Assembly (NCBI GenBank): GCA_963665775.2
Contig: CAXXTF010000002.1
Coordinates: 64,001 to 128,000 of the forward strand
Length of the DNA stretch: 64,000 bases
Direction: 5' to 3'
DNA from: Dehalococcoidia bacterium
Lineage (GTDB): Bacteria; Chloroflexota; Dehalococcoidia; SM23-28-2; RBG-16-64-32
A program made the translations under genes and the position numbers. Each line of letters starts with the position of its first letter. Within the stretch, counting starts at the first letter, position 1. The notes beneath the pieces are model-generated. The model searched no databases and was not told the origin of the DNA. It saw only the letters and a list, made by a program, of their open reading frames with translations. Positions 50,985-61,094 of the stretch are shown piece after piece.

Positions 50985-51263
50985 CTAGTGATAGTCGACT
51001 AGATCGACGTCGTACACGTTGCCATTTTCAAACCGGCACGTGATCCGCCAGTTGCCCGAAATCGAAATGCTCCACAATCCTTTCAGATCACCCCTGAGGG
51101 GATGCAGTCTGTATCCCGGCAGATCGACGTCGCTCGGCTTGCTGGTTGCATCGAGGTCTGCCAGGGCGAGAGTAATCCGATCCAATTGGTTCGCACCTAC
51201 GCCGCTGGGGTCGCCTCGTTCATAGAGCCGCCTTAGACCCCGATGGTGAAACGACCGGATCAT
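50985..51263 (-). CDS. higB: HigB (RelE/ParE-type) toxin
   Basis: [14 protein letters not shown]...[27 protein letters not shown]...DYH. Confidence 0.92.
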   Translation of the reverse strand: MIRSFHHRGLRRLYERGDPSGVGANQLDRITLALADLDATSKPSDVDLPGYRLHPLRGDLKGLWSISISGNWRITCRFENGNVYDVDLVDYH

Positions 51264-51411
51264 AGAAAGAGCATACCGTGTGCCGGTACACTTATCAATA
51301 GCCTCACTACTGTCTCCAACTCTTCGAGACCGCCTTGCGTTTTCCTGCAGTGCTCCCACATGCCGCTCTCGGGACTCGCTGGCCTCCCCAGTAGCGTCTT
51401 GCTGCCGTAGT

Positions 51412-52061
51412 AGTGTCCCAGGAAGTGGTGTAAGAGACAGCAGGGCCAGGCAAGACAAGGGGCCACCGTGTCACCCTCATCAACGACAAAGATGAAGATG
51501 GACGTGTCGGGTCTGTCTGCGTGAGGGGCTGCGGGTGCTGGTCCAGGCAGTGATGGAGGCCGAGATAGCACCAATACCGGGGCCAGCTTTGGCGAGCGCA
51601 GTTCGGAGCGGATCACCTACCGCAACGGCTACCGGGTCTGGCCTTGGGACACGCGCGTGGGCACCCTAGAGCTGCAGGTCCCGAAGGTGCGGGAGGGCAG
51701 CTACCTCCCCTCCCTGCTCGAACCCCGCCGGGCGCAGCGAGCGGGCCTTGCCCGCCGTCGTGTAGTAAGGCCGCACCCACTTCATGACCCAACCTGCTCT
51801 CCAGAGTCCCGCGGCGTACACAGCCGTGGCTGGCGACCATGGTGTGGACGATCTACCAGCAACCTTCTTCCCGCCCTGCGGTCCGGCGGCTCATCGGCGC
51901 GGTCCTCGCCGAGCGGCACCACGAGTGGCAGGCCGCCCGCCGCTATCTGCCCACTCTTGCCGCCGACATCGGCACCGCATGGAGGCATGATGATTCTGCC
52001 CGGAGGGGCAGCCTGATCAATCAGCGAGGGTGACGCTCTTACACCGCCTGACGGGACGTGA
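51412..52061 (+). mobile_element. internally deleted IS256-family remnant
   Basis: RNGYR...TRVGTLELQVPKVREGSY and RLIGAVLAE..HEW fragments; IR-like ends gtcccagga..gtgtaag / cttacac..gggac. Confidence 0.8.
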
Positions 52062-52610
52062 TCCTGGATAGACGCCAACGCACAGATCTTCGACATGGCT
52101 CTCCAGGCAGGCGCCGTTCGTTCATCAGATACGAAGTCTGCTGGCCGGATCGAGCTCGTGACTAATGGCCGTTTGGGGAGAACGAGCGCCCCGCCTGCAC
52201 GCTTTGAGTCCGAGCAATGTCGTGGACTGAGGTTGCTATGAGCTCAAGGTTAGCGTCAACTCAAATGGTACGCTAGCGATTTGGCTCTGGTTGAACAGTG
52301 ATCCCGATGTTCGTCCAGTGGTGAGTAAAGGTATACCGTTTAGGCTTCAAGTGCAGTGCACTGGCACGACCTAGTAGCACGCCTAAGAGCCTGAGACTGC
52401 CCAAGGCTAGCGCCTTCTGAGCTTTAAGGGGTGGCGTTTAGGCACCCCAGTCTCCCGCACTACGCGACCTGTAGCCGACGGCTGTATCCTGAGTCTTGTA
52501 CAAGACATATGTCGGAGTCAGCGAGGATTTCAAGCCTAGACATTTCCGTACATAGCAGGTGTATAAAGGACCCGAGGGCAGGGTAAAGCTTTCTGACCAA
52601 AAAGCTTGGT

Positions 52611-54190
52611 TCAAGTCCGCTTAGGTGGGCCGGACTTGACAAAATCAAGAACCGAGGCCGATTCCGATGTCGCCCCGTCGCTCGGCATGGGCACGGTGTA
52701 CGTCAGCGTCGCCTCGTCTCCGACCACCTCGATGCCCTCGACGAAGTTGCGGATGAGCGCCTTGCGCTCGGGGAACGTCCCGTCCTTCAGGAAGTCCCGG
52801 AAGTCCGCAACGTACTTCACTATCTCCTCGGTGTTGGGAAGGGCAACCCTGCGCTGCTCAAGCTGGCGCTCGGCGTCGTCTCGCGCAGCCTCCAGCTGCT
52901 CCTCGCGGTGCCTCAGAGAGAAGATGCGGGGCGATAGGACCTCAAGGGTCAGCTCGCTCGTCTCAACGGCCTCGTAGAGCCTCTTAAGCCGCTTCCTCAC
53001 GTCGGATAGCTCCGCCTCTATGACCTCCAGCCTGCCGGATATCTCTCCGGCAATGGCGTCGATCTCCTCGGCCACCAGCGTCACAAGCGCCACGATGGTC
53101 TCCTCGTTGAGGATGCGCTCCCTGATCTTCTCCACCACGAACGTCTCCAACCTGGGGGCGTTCAGGTAGCGGGCGCTGCACGTCCCCGCTCCCTCCCTGA
53201 ACAGGGTGCCGCAGATGTAGTAGGCGAACTGGCCGCTCTTGGCTCCCTGGCCGGAGTAGGACTTGCCGCACACTCCGCACTTGAGCAGCCCGCTCAGCAG
53301 GAACTTGCTGCCCACTCTCGCGGGCCTCTGCACCTTCGGCGCGCGGTCCCGCATCGCCTGCTGCACGTCGTCGAACAGCTCCCTCGACACAAGCGCGGGC
53401 CACGCTCCCTCCACACGCACCGGGTCCTGGGCCTTCTCTCCCTTGCTGGTGCGGCCCCAGACGGCGGTGCCGGTGTAGGCTTCGTTGGTCAGCAGGTAGT
53501 GGAGTCCGCCCTTGTTCCAGCGCTTGCCCCTGTTGGTGATGCCCCTGCCGTTCAGGGCCTTGCATATCTCCTTCAGGCCGTTGCCCCGCAGGGAGCTCTC
53601 GAATATCTCCCTCACTACCGGTGCGGCGGCAGGATCGACCTCCAACGTGGGGCGCTCCTTCACCCCGTCGCTGATCTTCACCCGCTTGTAGCCGAAGGGG
53701 CGTTCGAGGCGAGGAAGAAGCCCCGTGAGGCGGCCTCCCGCATCCCACGCACGACGTCCTGGGCAAGATTTTCGCTGTAGAACTCGTCCACGCTCTCGAT
53801 GATGGCCTCCATGAGCTTGCCCGTGGGGGAGTCGTCAGCGTGCTCGGTGATGGACACCACCCTGATGCCCTTGCGCCGTAGCATGGACTTGAAGGCGACG
53901 GCGTGCTCGCGCTTCCTGGTGAAGCGGCTGAACTTCCAGACGAGAATTACGTCGAAGGGGGCCTTCGGCTGGCTGCCCTCCTCGATCATCTCCCTGAACT
54001 GGGGCCGGTCAGCCACGCGTCCGCTTTCGGCCTCGTCCACGTACTCGCGGGCTACGGAGTAGCCGTTGGACTTTGCGTAGTCCTTGAGTGCCCTGAGCTG
54101 GGCGGACACGGACAGGTCCACGTCCTGCCGGTCGCTGGATACCCTGGCGTAGAGCGCCGCCGGTGTGAGCGGCTGTAGGTGCTTCTTCAT
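52611..54190 (-). pseudogene. large serine recombinase with a 1-bp frameshift near 53697
   Basis: YARVSS...KFSRFTR in 53678-54190. The frame switches at a C/G run (APFGYKRV expected) into the recombinase/Zn-ribbon part. Confidence 0.88.
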
Positions 54191-54214
54191 TCTGTCCTCC
54201 TTGGCTATTGCTCT

Positions 54215-56017
54215 CTATTTAGTCTCGGTCCACTCATCTGAAGCTGGACCGGGCCATCTTTCTGACACGAGCTGGGCCATTCGTCGGCTTCTGCATCGAA
54301 TGGTTTTCTCGTCCCAAGAGGGCTGAGACAACAGCTCGTTGTTGAGTAACAGAACGGCGTACTTTTGGAGTTCGTCGCATTTGCTCGTCCACGGGTCGTT
54401 GGACATGGATGAGTTGAGTTTTTGGGTCGCGAGCGTGAGATTGCCAATTGAGTGGATGAGTGTGCTGCGTTGGTATGTCGCTGCATCCTCATCAAGGCCC
54501 TCTGGGAGTGGCCACTTCTCTTTGTCCCAACCTACCGGCATCAAGTGCTCTATTGTCAGATTTGGCGGTACGTTAGTCTGTTCAGACTTTCCCGAGGAAC
54601 GCAACCGGCGCTCAACGCCTTCGAGCACCAATCGTAGCCTGCCCCTGGTCAGCAGGCGATAGAGCGGAGAAGACTCCAGGGCATCGGCCACGGCTTCGTC
54701 GCTGGGTCATTCCCTGGCGTATGCAGTCTGCTCTTTCAGGAATCCGGCGGTAACTGTGTCGGCCTCGCCCAGTCCACTCTCCCGCAAGCGGCTGGCCAGT
54801 TCCAGGACTAGCCTGTTGTAGTCCTTCGTGGTCTGACGGCAAATCATCCTACGGACCAGGAAGCTCTCCAAGGCATTGAAGGCCCTGATGCGCGTTCCTT
54901 CTTCAGCTGACAGGAGCAGCAGAAGTACGGGGGTGATCACGCGGGCCTGCATGACATCCACATGGTAGCAGAACGACTTCTCCTCGGGACTGCGGCCTCT
55001 GGTCGATTCGAAATCACGGTAGTGCACCAGATCTTGCTTGACCTCCGCCATCACTACGTGAACCTCCTGGCCATCAACGTAGCTGCGGAACACGTCAAAC
55101 ACCCTTGTTGGCGAGACCTCCGAACCGGTGCGCATCGCCAGCCAGTAGTTGAGGAGCATGTCCAAGCGCGGCCTGAACAGGCGGCCTTGTCTGACCTCCC
55201 TCCACCACCACCCATCGTCCAAGTTGCCCCAGATGTCACCCTGCCGGTCTCGCTCCCGGGAGAGAACATAGTTCTTGATGAGGTCGGACTGTTCAAGCGG
55301 AGTGCCACGAGCATTTAAGGTCTCGAATATGAGATTCGGATCGTCCTGAGAGCCGAGGTCAATCACAACCATCTGGAGCATCGACGTTGCCGCAGCCTCA
55401 AGTGCATCGATCCTGTGTTCAATTGGTCCTGCCGCGTCTTGAAGCCATTTGCGAACTTGTAGTTGGAAGAACTCGTGCGCTTGGACAATCAGCGACTCTT
55501 CGAAGTCGTTTACGGCGAGTCCATTGTCCATGGCGTGCCTGAACGCTTCCCTGTCGCCCCTGGTGGGCCACAGCTTGAAGATGTGAAGCCTATCGTCCCC
55601 AATGAGTTCTTCGTCGTTGGTAACAAGCTTGGCCAGACGCCTTGCGACTCTCTTGAGGTATGGTTGGTCTGACTCTTCGCAAATCTGTTGAATGGCATCC
55701 AGAAGAAGTTGCAGTGTTGTCACACTCTGTTGGCCGTCAATCACTTCACGCTGGTCGATATCCTTTGCCGCCGTGGGGACCTGCTTGAGAACGACGGCGT
55801 CCAGGAAGTGCGGACTTGTTTTCTGCTCCGCTTCGACTCCGTCGTCACCCGAGCGCTCCAGTTCCTCAAGATAGTTTTCGGCCACGTTGCGGACATCTTC
55901 CCAGAGCGGTTCCCATTGGTCGTCCTGGGACCAAACGTAGGGACGCTGGAAAGGCGGGATGGTGTAGCGGACCTCTTTCTGGAAGAGGTCTTTAGGAGTG
56001 AGAATGTCCGTGTGCAT
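54215..56017 (-). pseudogene. GmrSD-family (DUF262 + DUF1524/HNH) type IV restriction enzyme with in-frame TGA at 54707-54709
   Basis: FQRPYVW, IDGQQS (canonical DGQQR), IFETLNARG, then ARE*PSDE and IEHLMP...IGNLTL...N. Confidence 0.9.
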
Positions 56018-56071
56018 CAGGACCTCCTGTATATTCTTGGACTTCCATGGTGGCTAACGTTCTCTCTGCCT

Positions 56072-56407
56072 CTATTCATTCACCAGGACGTCGATCGTGG
56101 TGCCAAGCGCATTGGCGATGCGGGCCAAGGCCGAGGTCGATCCCGGTTTTAGCCCACGCTCAATCTCGGAGATGTACCCTGCGGCGACACCTGTTTTCTC
56201 GGACAGTTCCCTCAGAGTGATGCCTTGGTGGTTCCGAAACGCCAGGATGGGACCCTTCCCTCGCATAATGTCGAGAGCGACCTCGTGGGAAACACGCACG
56301 CCGTCGTCAGCGTCCTGGGCGGCCAGCGTGTCCTCAAGCTGGCTGTTGCGCTCGATGAGAGCGTCGTACTCCCTTCGAGTCAAGGTGATGGTCTCTTCGC
56401 TAGTCAT
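56072..56407 (-). CDS. XRE-family HTH antitoxin
   Basis: ITLRELSEKTGVAAGYISEIERG; overlaps the relE-like gene. Confidence 0.85.
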   Translation of the reverse strand: MTSEETITLTRREYDALIERNSQLEDTLAAQDADDGVRVSHEVALDIMRGKGPILAFRNHQGITLRELSEKTGVAAGYISEIERGLKPGSTSALARIANALGTTIDVLVNE

Positions 56408-56657
56408 AAGCCTCCCTCCTGTGTCGAACTCTCAGGACTATCAGGGTTGAGGGCTCGCCATGTTGAGTGGTGAAGATGACGCGGTGGTGGCCGACTCTCA
56501 ACCGCCTGTAGTCGCTGCCAGTCAGTGCAGTGACCTGCCTAGCAAGCGAAGTGGGGTTCTCGGCATACTGCTCAATCTTGGCGATGATCCGCTCTCTGTC
56601 TCGTGCGGCAAGGCGGCGCATATCCCTGATCGCCCGCGTCCCCCATTCGATTTGCAT
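56400..56657 (-). CDS. RelE/ParE-family toxin
   Basis: YRRLRVGHHRVIF...VRHRREAYD. Confidence 0.88.
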   Translation of the reverse strand: MQIEWGTRAIRDMRRLAARDRERIIAKIEQYAENPTSLARQVTALTGSDYRRLRVGHHRVIFTTQHGEPSTLIVLRVRHRREAYD

Positions 56658-56848
56658 TCTCTCATACACACACTCTATTTTCTCATTTGGAGAACAGGTC
56701 GTCAAGGGAGGATATCCGGTGCTGGGACCAGGGTAGCGCTGAATCTGGCTGCCGAGCGCGCAGGTGGAAGCGGGCGACGATGCACAACCTAAGTCGCACC
56801 CTCTCTCGTTCTCGGTGGGAGTATGCCCCGCGATCTACGCTCCGCAGT

Positions 56849-58121
56849 TGACCTGCCCCCCTAAACGCTACCACAGGCTATGTTAGTGTGGCCATCGCCG
56901 TAGTCTCCAGGGATGGCGCGGTGGAGCCCGGCCATGGCACGATCGCTTGCGGTGCTGGCGGCCGGTAGCCGAGAGCGCTATGCGGGCGCACCTCGTTGTA
57001 GTTCCGTCGCCACCGCTCGCAGAGGACCTGTGCTTCCAGCACCGTGTCGAACACCTCCCCATTCAATAGTTCATCACGTAGCTTCCCATTGAACGACTCG
57101 ATGTAGCCGTTCTCCCAGGGGCTCCCGGGCTCGATATACAGAGTCTGCACGCCTACCCGCTCTAGCCAGGTCCGGAGCGCACGTGCCGTGAACTCTGGCC
57201 CGTTGTCCGAGCGCAGGTAGCGAGGCGTCCCGCGCTCGACGAAGAGCTGGGCCAGCTCTGCCAGCACGTCATCACTGGTGATCTGCCTCGCCACCTGGAT
57301 AGCCAGGCACTCCCTTGTGAACTCGTCCAGCACCGTCAAGAGCCGCAGGGGACGGCCGTCGCTGGTGCTGGTAAACACGAAGTCGTAGCTCCAGACGTGG
57401 TTGGGCTCAGTCGGCCTGAGCCTAACGCAGGAGCCATCGGTCAGCCATAGCCGCCTCCGCTTCGGCTGCTTCGCCGGCACCTTCAGCCCTTCCCGCCGCC
57501 AGAGTCGCTCTACCCGCTTGTGGTTCACCCGAAAATCCTCCTCTCGCAGCAGGGCGGTCACCCGTCGGTAACCGTAGCGCCCGTACTCGGTCGCTAGCTC
57601 CACCATCCGCCTCAGCAGCCTCCCTTCATCGTCGGGAGGAGAACCCCACCGCCGCTGCGTCGATCGCTCCTGCCCCAGAACCTGGCAGGCCCGGCGCTCC
57701 GAGACGACCGCGTGGCCCAACGCATTCCGCACCCAGGCCACCGCCTGCCGTCTCTTCGCCGGGCTCAGAAGTCTCCCTGCACCGCCTCCTTAAGGATGGC
57801 GTTGTCCAGGGAGAGGTTTGCTACCAGCTTCTTCAGCCGCAGGTTCTCCTGCTCCAGCTCCCGCAGCCGCTTGGCCTGCTCCCTCCTCAGGCCGCCATAC
57901 TCCTTCCGCCAGCGGTAGTAGGTCTGCTCTGCCACGCCCAGCTTCCTGCAGACCTCTGGCACGGCCAGGCCCTTAGCCAGCCCAACCTCCGCCTCCCTCA
58001 ACTTGTTGATGATCTCCTCTGCCGTGTGACGCTGCCTGCCCAAGCCTTCTGCCCCCTTTCTCTGGTCCAGAACCCCTGATTACTAACATTGGGCCTGGAC
58101 TCGTTTTCGGGGGCAAGGTCA
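56849..58121 (-). mobile_element. IS3-family element, copy 2 (inverted relative to copy 1)
   Basis: Same 1273-bp length, near-identical. orfA is intact (57765-58043) but the slippery site reads GGGAGAC. Confidence 0.95.
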
Positions 58122-59558
58122 TTTATGCTCGGGCGACCAGTAGTAGCTCGTGTAGGGGTTCAGGCGGGCCATGACTCCCCTGGGGTGACGGGCTCGTAGC
58201 TCGTACTCGAGGTAGAACGGTATCTCAAGGCCCTCTGCGGTCATCTGCCCCACGGCGTCCGGGGCGATGGCGGAATCGCCCCAGTTGTAGGCCCGGTCGG
58301 ACCTGGCGGTGGGGACGGACCACAGCAACTCGCTGTCGGGGTCGTCCCTGGTCTCGGCCTCCAGCTTCGAGAGGAACCACGTGATGCTGTCGGCGTGCTT
58401 CGTCTGACGAGCCCACGTGTCAATGCGGTGGCCAAGGTGTCGCCGTCGGCTCTGCCGGTCTGTCGTGAGGGCCGTGCTCCAGATGCCCTGCGTCGTGGGA
58501 AGCTGGGCGCGGTCCCGGTGGGTGACGTAGCGGATGCCCTCGGCTGACAGGGTATAGCGGGTGTCGCCGCGTTTTCCTCGACGCTCGACAAGGCCCCAGG
58601 TGTTCACGAGGCTGCGGATCATCTGGCTCACTCGCCCCTCAGAGACGCCGAGCCAGTTGGCAAGGTGCTCACGGGGGATCATCGGGTGGTCGGTCACTAG
58701 GTCAAGCGTCCGCTTCTCAGCCGGGCTGACGCCAAACGTCGGCGCAGCCTGCGCCATCCCCTCAGGGTGGGGAATTGATGCCCGCTTCCGCTCCGGCGAT
58801 TGAGTGCGAAGCGCTCTTCCGGGGCTGCCGTGGGAGCTGACGGCCTCCAGCGAAAAGAACCTGCTGCCGATCACCCACGAGGTGCAACACCAGAGGCGAA
58901 GGTCCCGTCTTTCCAGCGCGTCCCTCGACTCCACGGCGACGTAGCAGTCGCGAAGGTTCCGTTCCTCGCAGAACCTCGTCGTCAGCCTCTGCTCCCAGAT
59001 GCTGGGCATCAGGATCAGGATGGTGTCGGGCCGGCGGGTGTAGTCGTATTCCGCTATGGCCCGCAGCCGGTCGTAGAGCGACCGGCGACGCAGGGCCAGT
59101 CCCTGGCGCACCACGCCAAAGCTGCGGCCGTCGTGCAGGGTGATGGTAGCGTCGAACCGGCCTTTGCGGTAGAACTCCACGTGGGACCGGAGGCCGTCGA
59201 CGCCGGGGGACATTGAGGCGGCGAGTCGGTAGACGGTGGCCACCGCGTCCATCCGGCGGATCAGCAACGCGAGCCACTCCCGCGACACCGGGTAGGCTCG
59301 CACGAAGTCCGAAGGCGTCTTAAAGCCGAGTATCGCGGCGGCCTCGCGGATGCCCTTGGCCGTCAGGTAGTATCTCCGGCTCGAAGGCAGTTGGGCGGTG
59401 CCGTGACTCACCCTCCCAACAATGCGATCAGACAGCAGGCCGGTCAGGGCGCGGTGGACGGTCGCGTGGGCCTCGCCCAGGATGCCCGCCAGTTCCGCCG
59501 AGTCGACGAAGGGCATCCCGCTGAGGTAATGGAGTAACTCTCGGTCAGTAAGGGACAT
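58122..59558 (-). pseudogene. replication-relaxation-like protein with duplicated wHTH + PD-(D/E)xK modules, 3'-truncated by IS3
   Basis: YYLTAKG / YTLSAEG wHTH repeats and IAPDAVG...FYLEYE; the stop codon is supplied by the IS end. Confidence 0.7.
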
Positions 59559-59651
59559 GTGTCGAGCCTAGCAAAGGATTGGCATAGTGCGCAGCCAGCG
59601 CATGTCAATGTTGTCGAGCCGCTTGCGTAACTATTGTGTTAATGTTACTAT

Positions 59652-60935
59652 TTGAGTATGCCCAGACTATCAATGCTACAGATGATGCTCCTTGAAGAGC
59701 TTCAGTCAGCACCAGCCAAGTCCGTGACAGAGCTCGCCTCGCGAGTGGGCAAGCTCCGCCCGTCCGTCAGTCGCTCCCTAAAGCTGCTACAGCAACATGC
59801 GCTGGTGACTTACGAAGATAGCGAGTGGCGTGCCACTCGTCCTGGTCAAGCTGAATCAGACCGCGCCAAGCAGAAACTAAAGGATATGGAAGCGCAACTT
59901 CAGCGCACCTTCCGAGCCCTAACTCCGCGCGTTTCCATGCCCGTGATAGCACCGGAGACATTCCGCACTATCAAGACACTATCCTCGAGAATGGAGTCCA
60001 TTCTATCGAATCTGTTGACTACCAGTGAGGTCACACGCGCAGGTGCACTTGCACTTAGTCAACTCCATGTGTCCCACACCGAGGCGATCCGACGCGCAAT
60101 TGAACCTCTAGCCCAGTCGCAGATCCAAAGCGCCGCTCTTATCAAGGCTGCGATGGGCACTCAGCTCTTGCCGGACTTCGCGTCTCTTATGCAGACCTAC
60201 AACCGACACTTGGCGAACGCAATCGACGACAGCCTTGCACTCCGAAATCTCTCACTGTCCCGTATCCCGGAACTCCCTGTGGCACGGCTTGGCAGCTTTA
60301 CTCCCCTATCAGTCCATTTTCCAGCAATCACGGAAGCAGTGGAGGCCTTGAGCCGAGAGTTACCATCCCATATTGCAACTCTAAACAGGATGTCGCTGCC
60401 CGAGCATACGCTGGTCTCCGTGTTAGTGCCACCCACGGCAACGGCGGCCTACAGCAGGTCAATGCGTCTCTGGATAGAGGAAGACTCAGGAACTAGCCCT
60501 CCTGAGTCATATCTGCTTGAAAATCCGCACGCCCTAATACATCTGGGCCTCTCAGCGCTCGGTCCGGGATTCGTCGAAAAGCACCAAGGCGCCTGGAATG
60601 CCTTCCGGCAGGGCGGCCCCGACTCTCTTCGGCACGCTGCGGTATCAATGCGTGAACTGATTCGAATGTTCTTCAAACAATTGGCACCGGACCAGGACTT
60701 GGAAGAGAAAGATTCAACTCGCCTCAAGGCCAGGGTTCGTCACATTCTCCAAGGCAGCGGCAGTGGCGCTCAGTTCGTAACGCACATGGCCTTGGGTCTT
60801 GATGGGTTATTCGACCGGCTGAATGCTTACACCCATGGGGATGAGACGGACAAATCCGCTCTGCAAGGGATAATGATTGCTGCGGACGGGGTGTTGCTCT
60901 TCGTTCTCCACAATGTCCATCGTTCCTCCGAGTAG
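59652..60935 (+). CDS. MarR-like wHTH + helical region + C-terminal predicted pPIWI-associating nuclease-like (HEPN-type) domain
   Basis: SVTELASRVGKLRPSVSRSLKLL; GAW.A.....PD..RH...S.REL.......LAPD; final xTH motif. Confidence 0.7.
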   Translation: MSMPRLSMLQMMLLEELQSAPAKSVTELASRVGKLRPSVSRSLKLLQQHALVTYEDSEWRATRPGQAESDRAKQKLKDMEAQLQRTFRALTPRVSMPVIAPETFRTIKTLSSRMESILSNLLTTSEVTRAGALALSQLHVSHTEAIRRAIEPLAQSQIQSAALIKAAMGTQLLPDFASLMQTYNRHLANAIDDSLALRNLSLSRIPELPVARLGSFTPLSVHFPAITEAVEALSRELPSHIATLNRMSLPEHTLVSVLVPPTATAAYSRSMRLWIEEDSGTSPPESYLLENPHALIHLGLSALGPGFVEKHQGAWNAFRQGGPDSLRHAAVSMRELIRMFFKQLAPDQDLEEKDSTRLKARVRHILQGSGSGAQFVTHMALGLDGLFDRLNAYTHGDETDKSALQGIMIAADGVLLFVLHNVHRSSE

Positions 60936-61094
60936 CGTCACTATTGCCCCCGCTGCCTACTGCGGAGGCAGGGCTGGTAAGATATAACCCTATGTGTTCA
61001 AGCAGATCAGAGGTGATATGGCCCAAAGGTATAGCTCCTGCTCAAGATGCTGGGAATCCTAGTCGAGCAGAGGCGCAAGCCAGCTTCGGCGCTC

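Noticed and set aside
52550-52630. tRNA gene suggested by GGTTCAAGTCC
   Set aside because: No D-arm, anticodon arm or acceptor stem can be folded; kept only as an att-like site.
53690-53702. Programmed frameshift in the serine recombinase
   Set aside because: It is a single-base loss in a short homopolymer with no canonical slippery heptamer; decay or a sequencing error is more likely.
46379-58121. Bona fide composite transposon insertion
   Set aside because: There is no target duplication and the outer flanks belong to different truncated genes.
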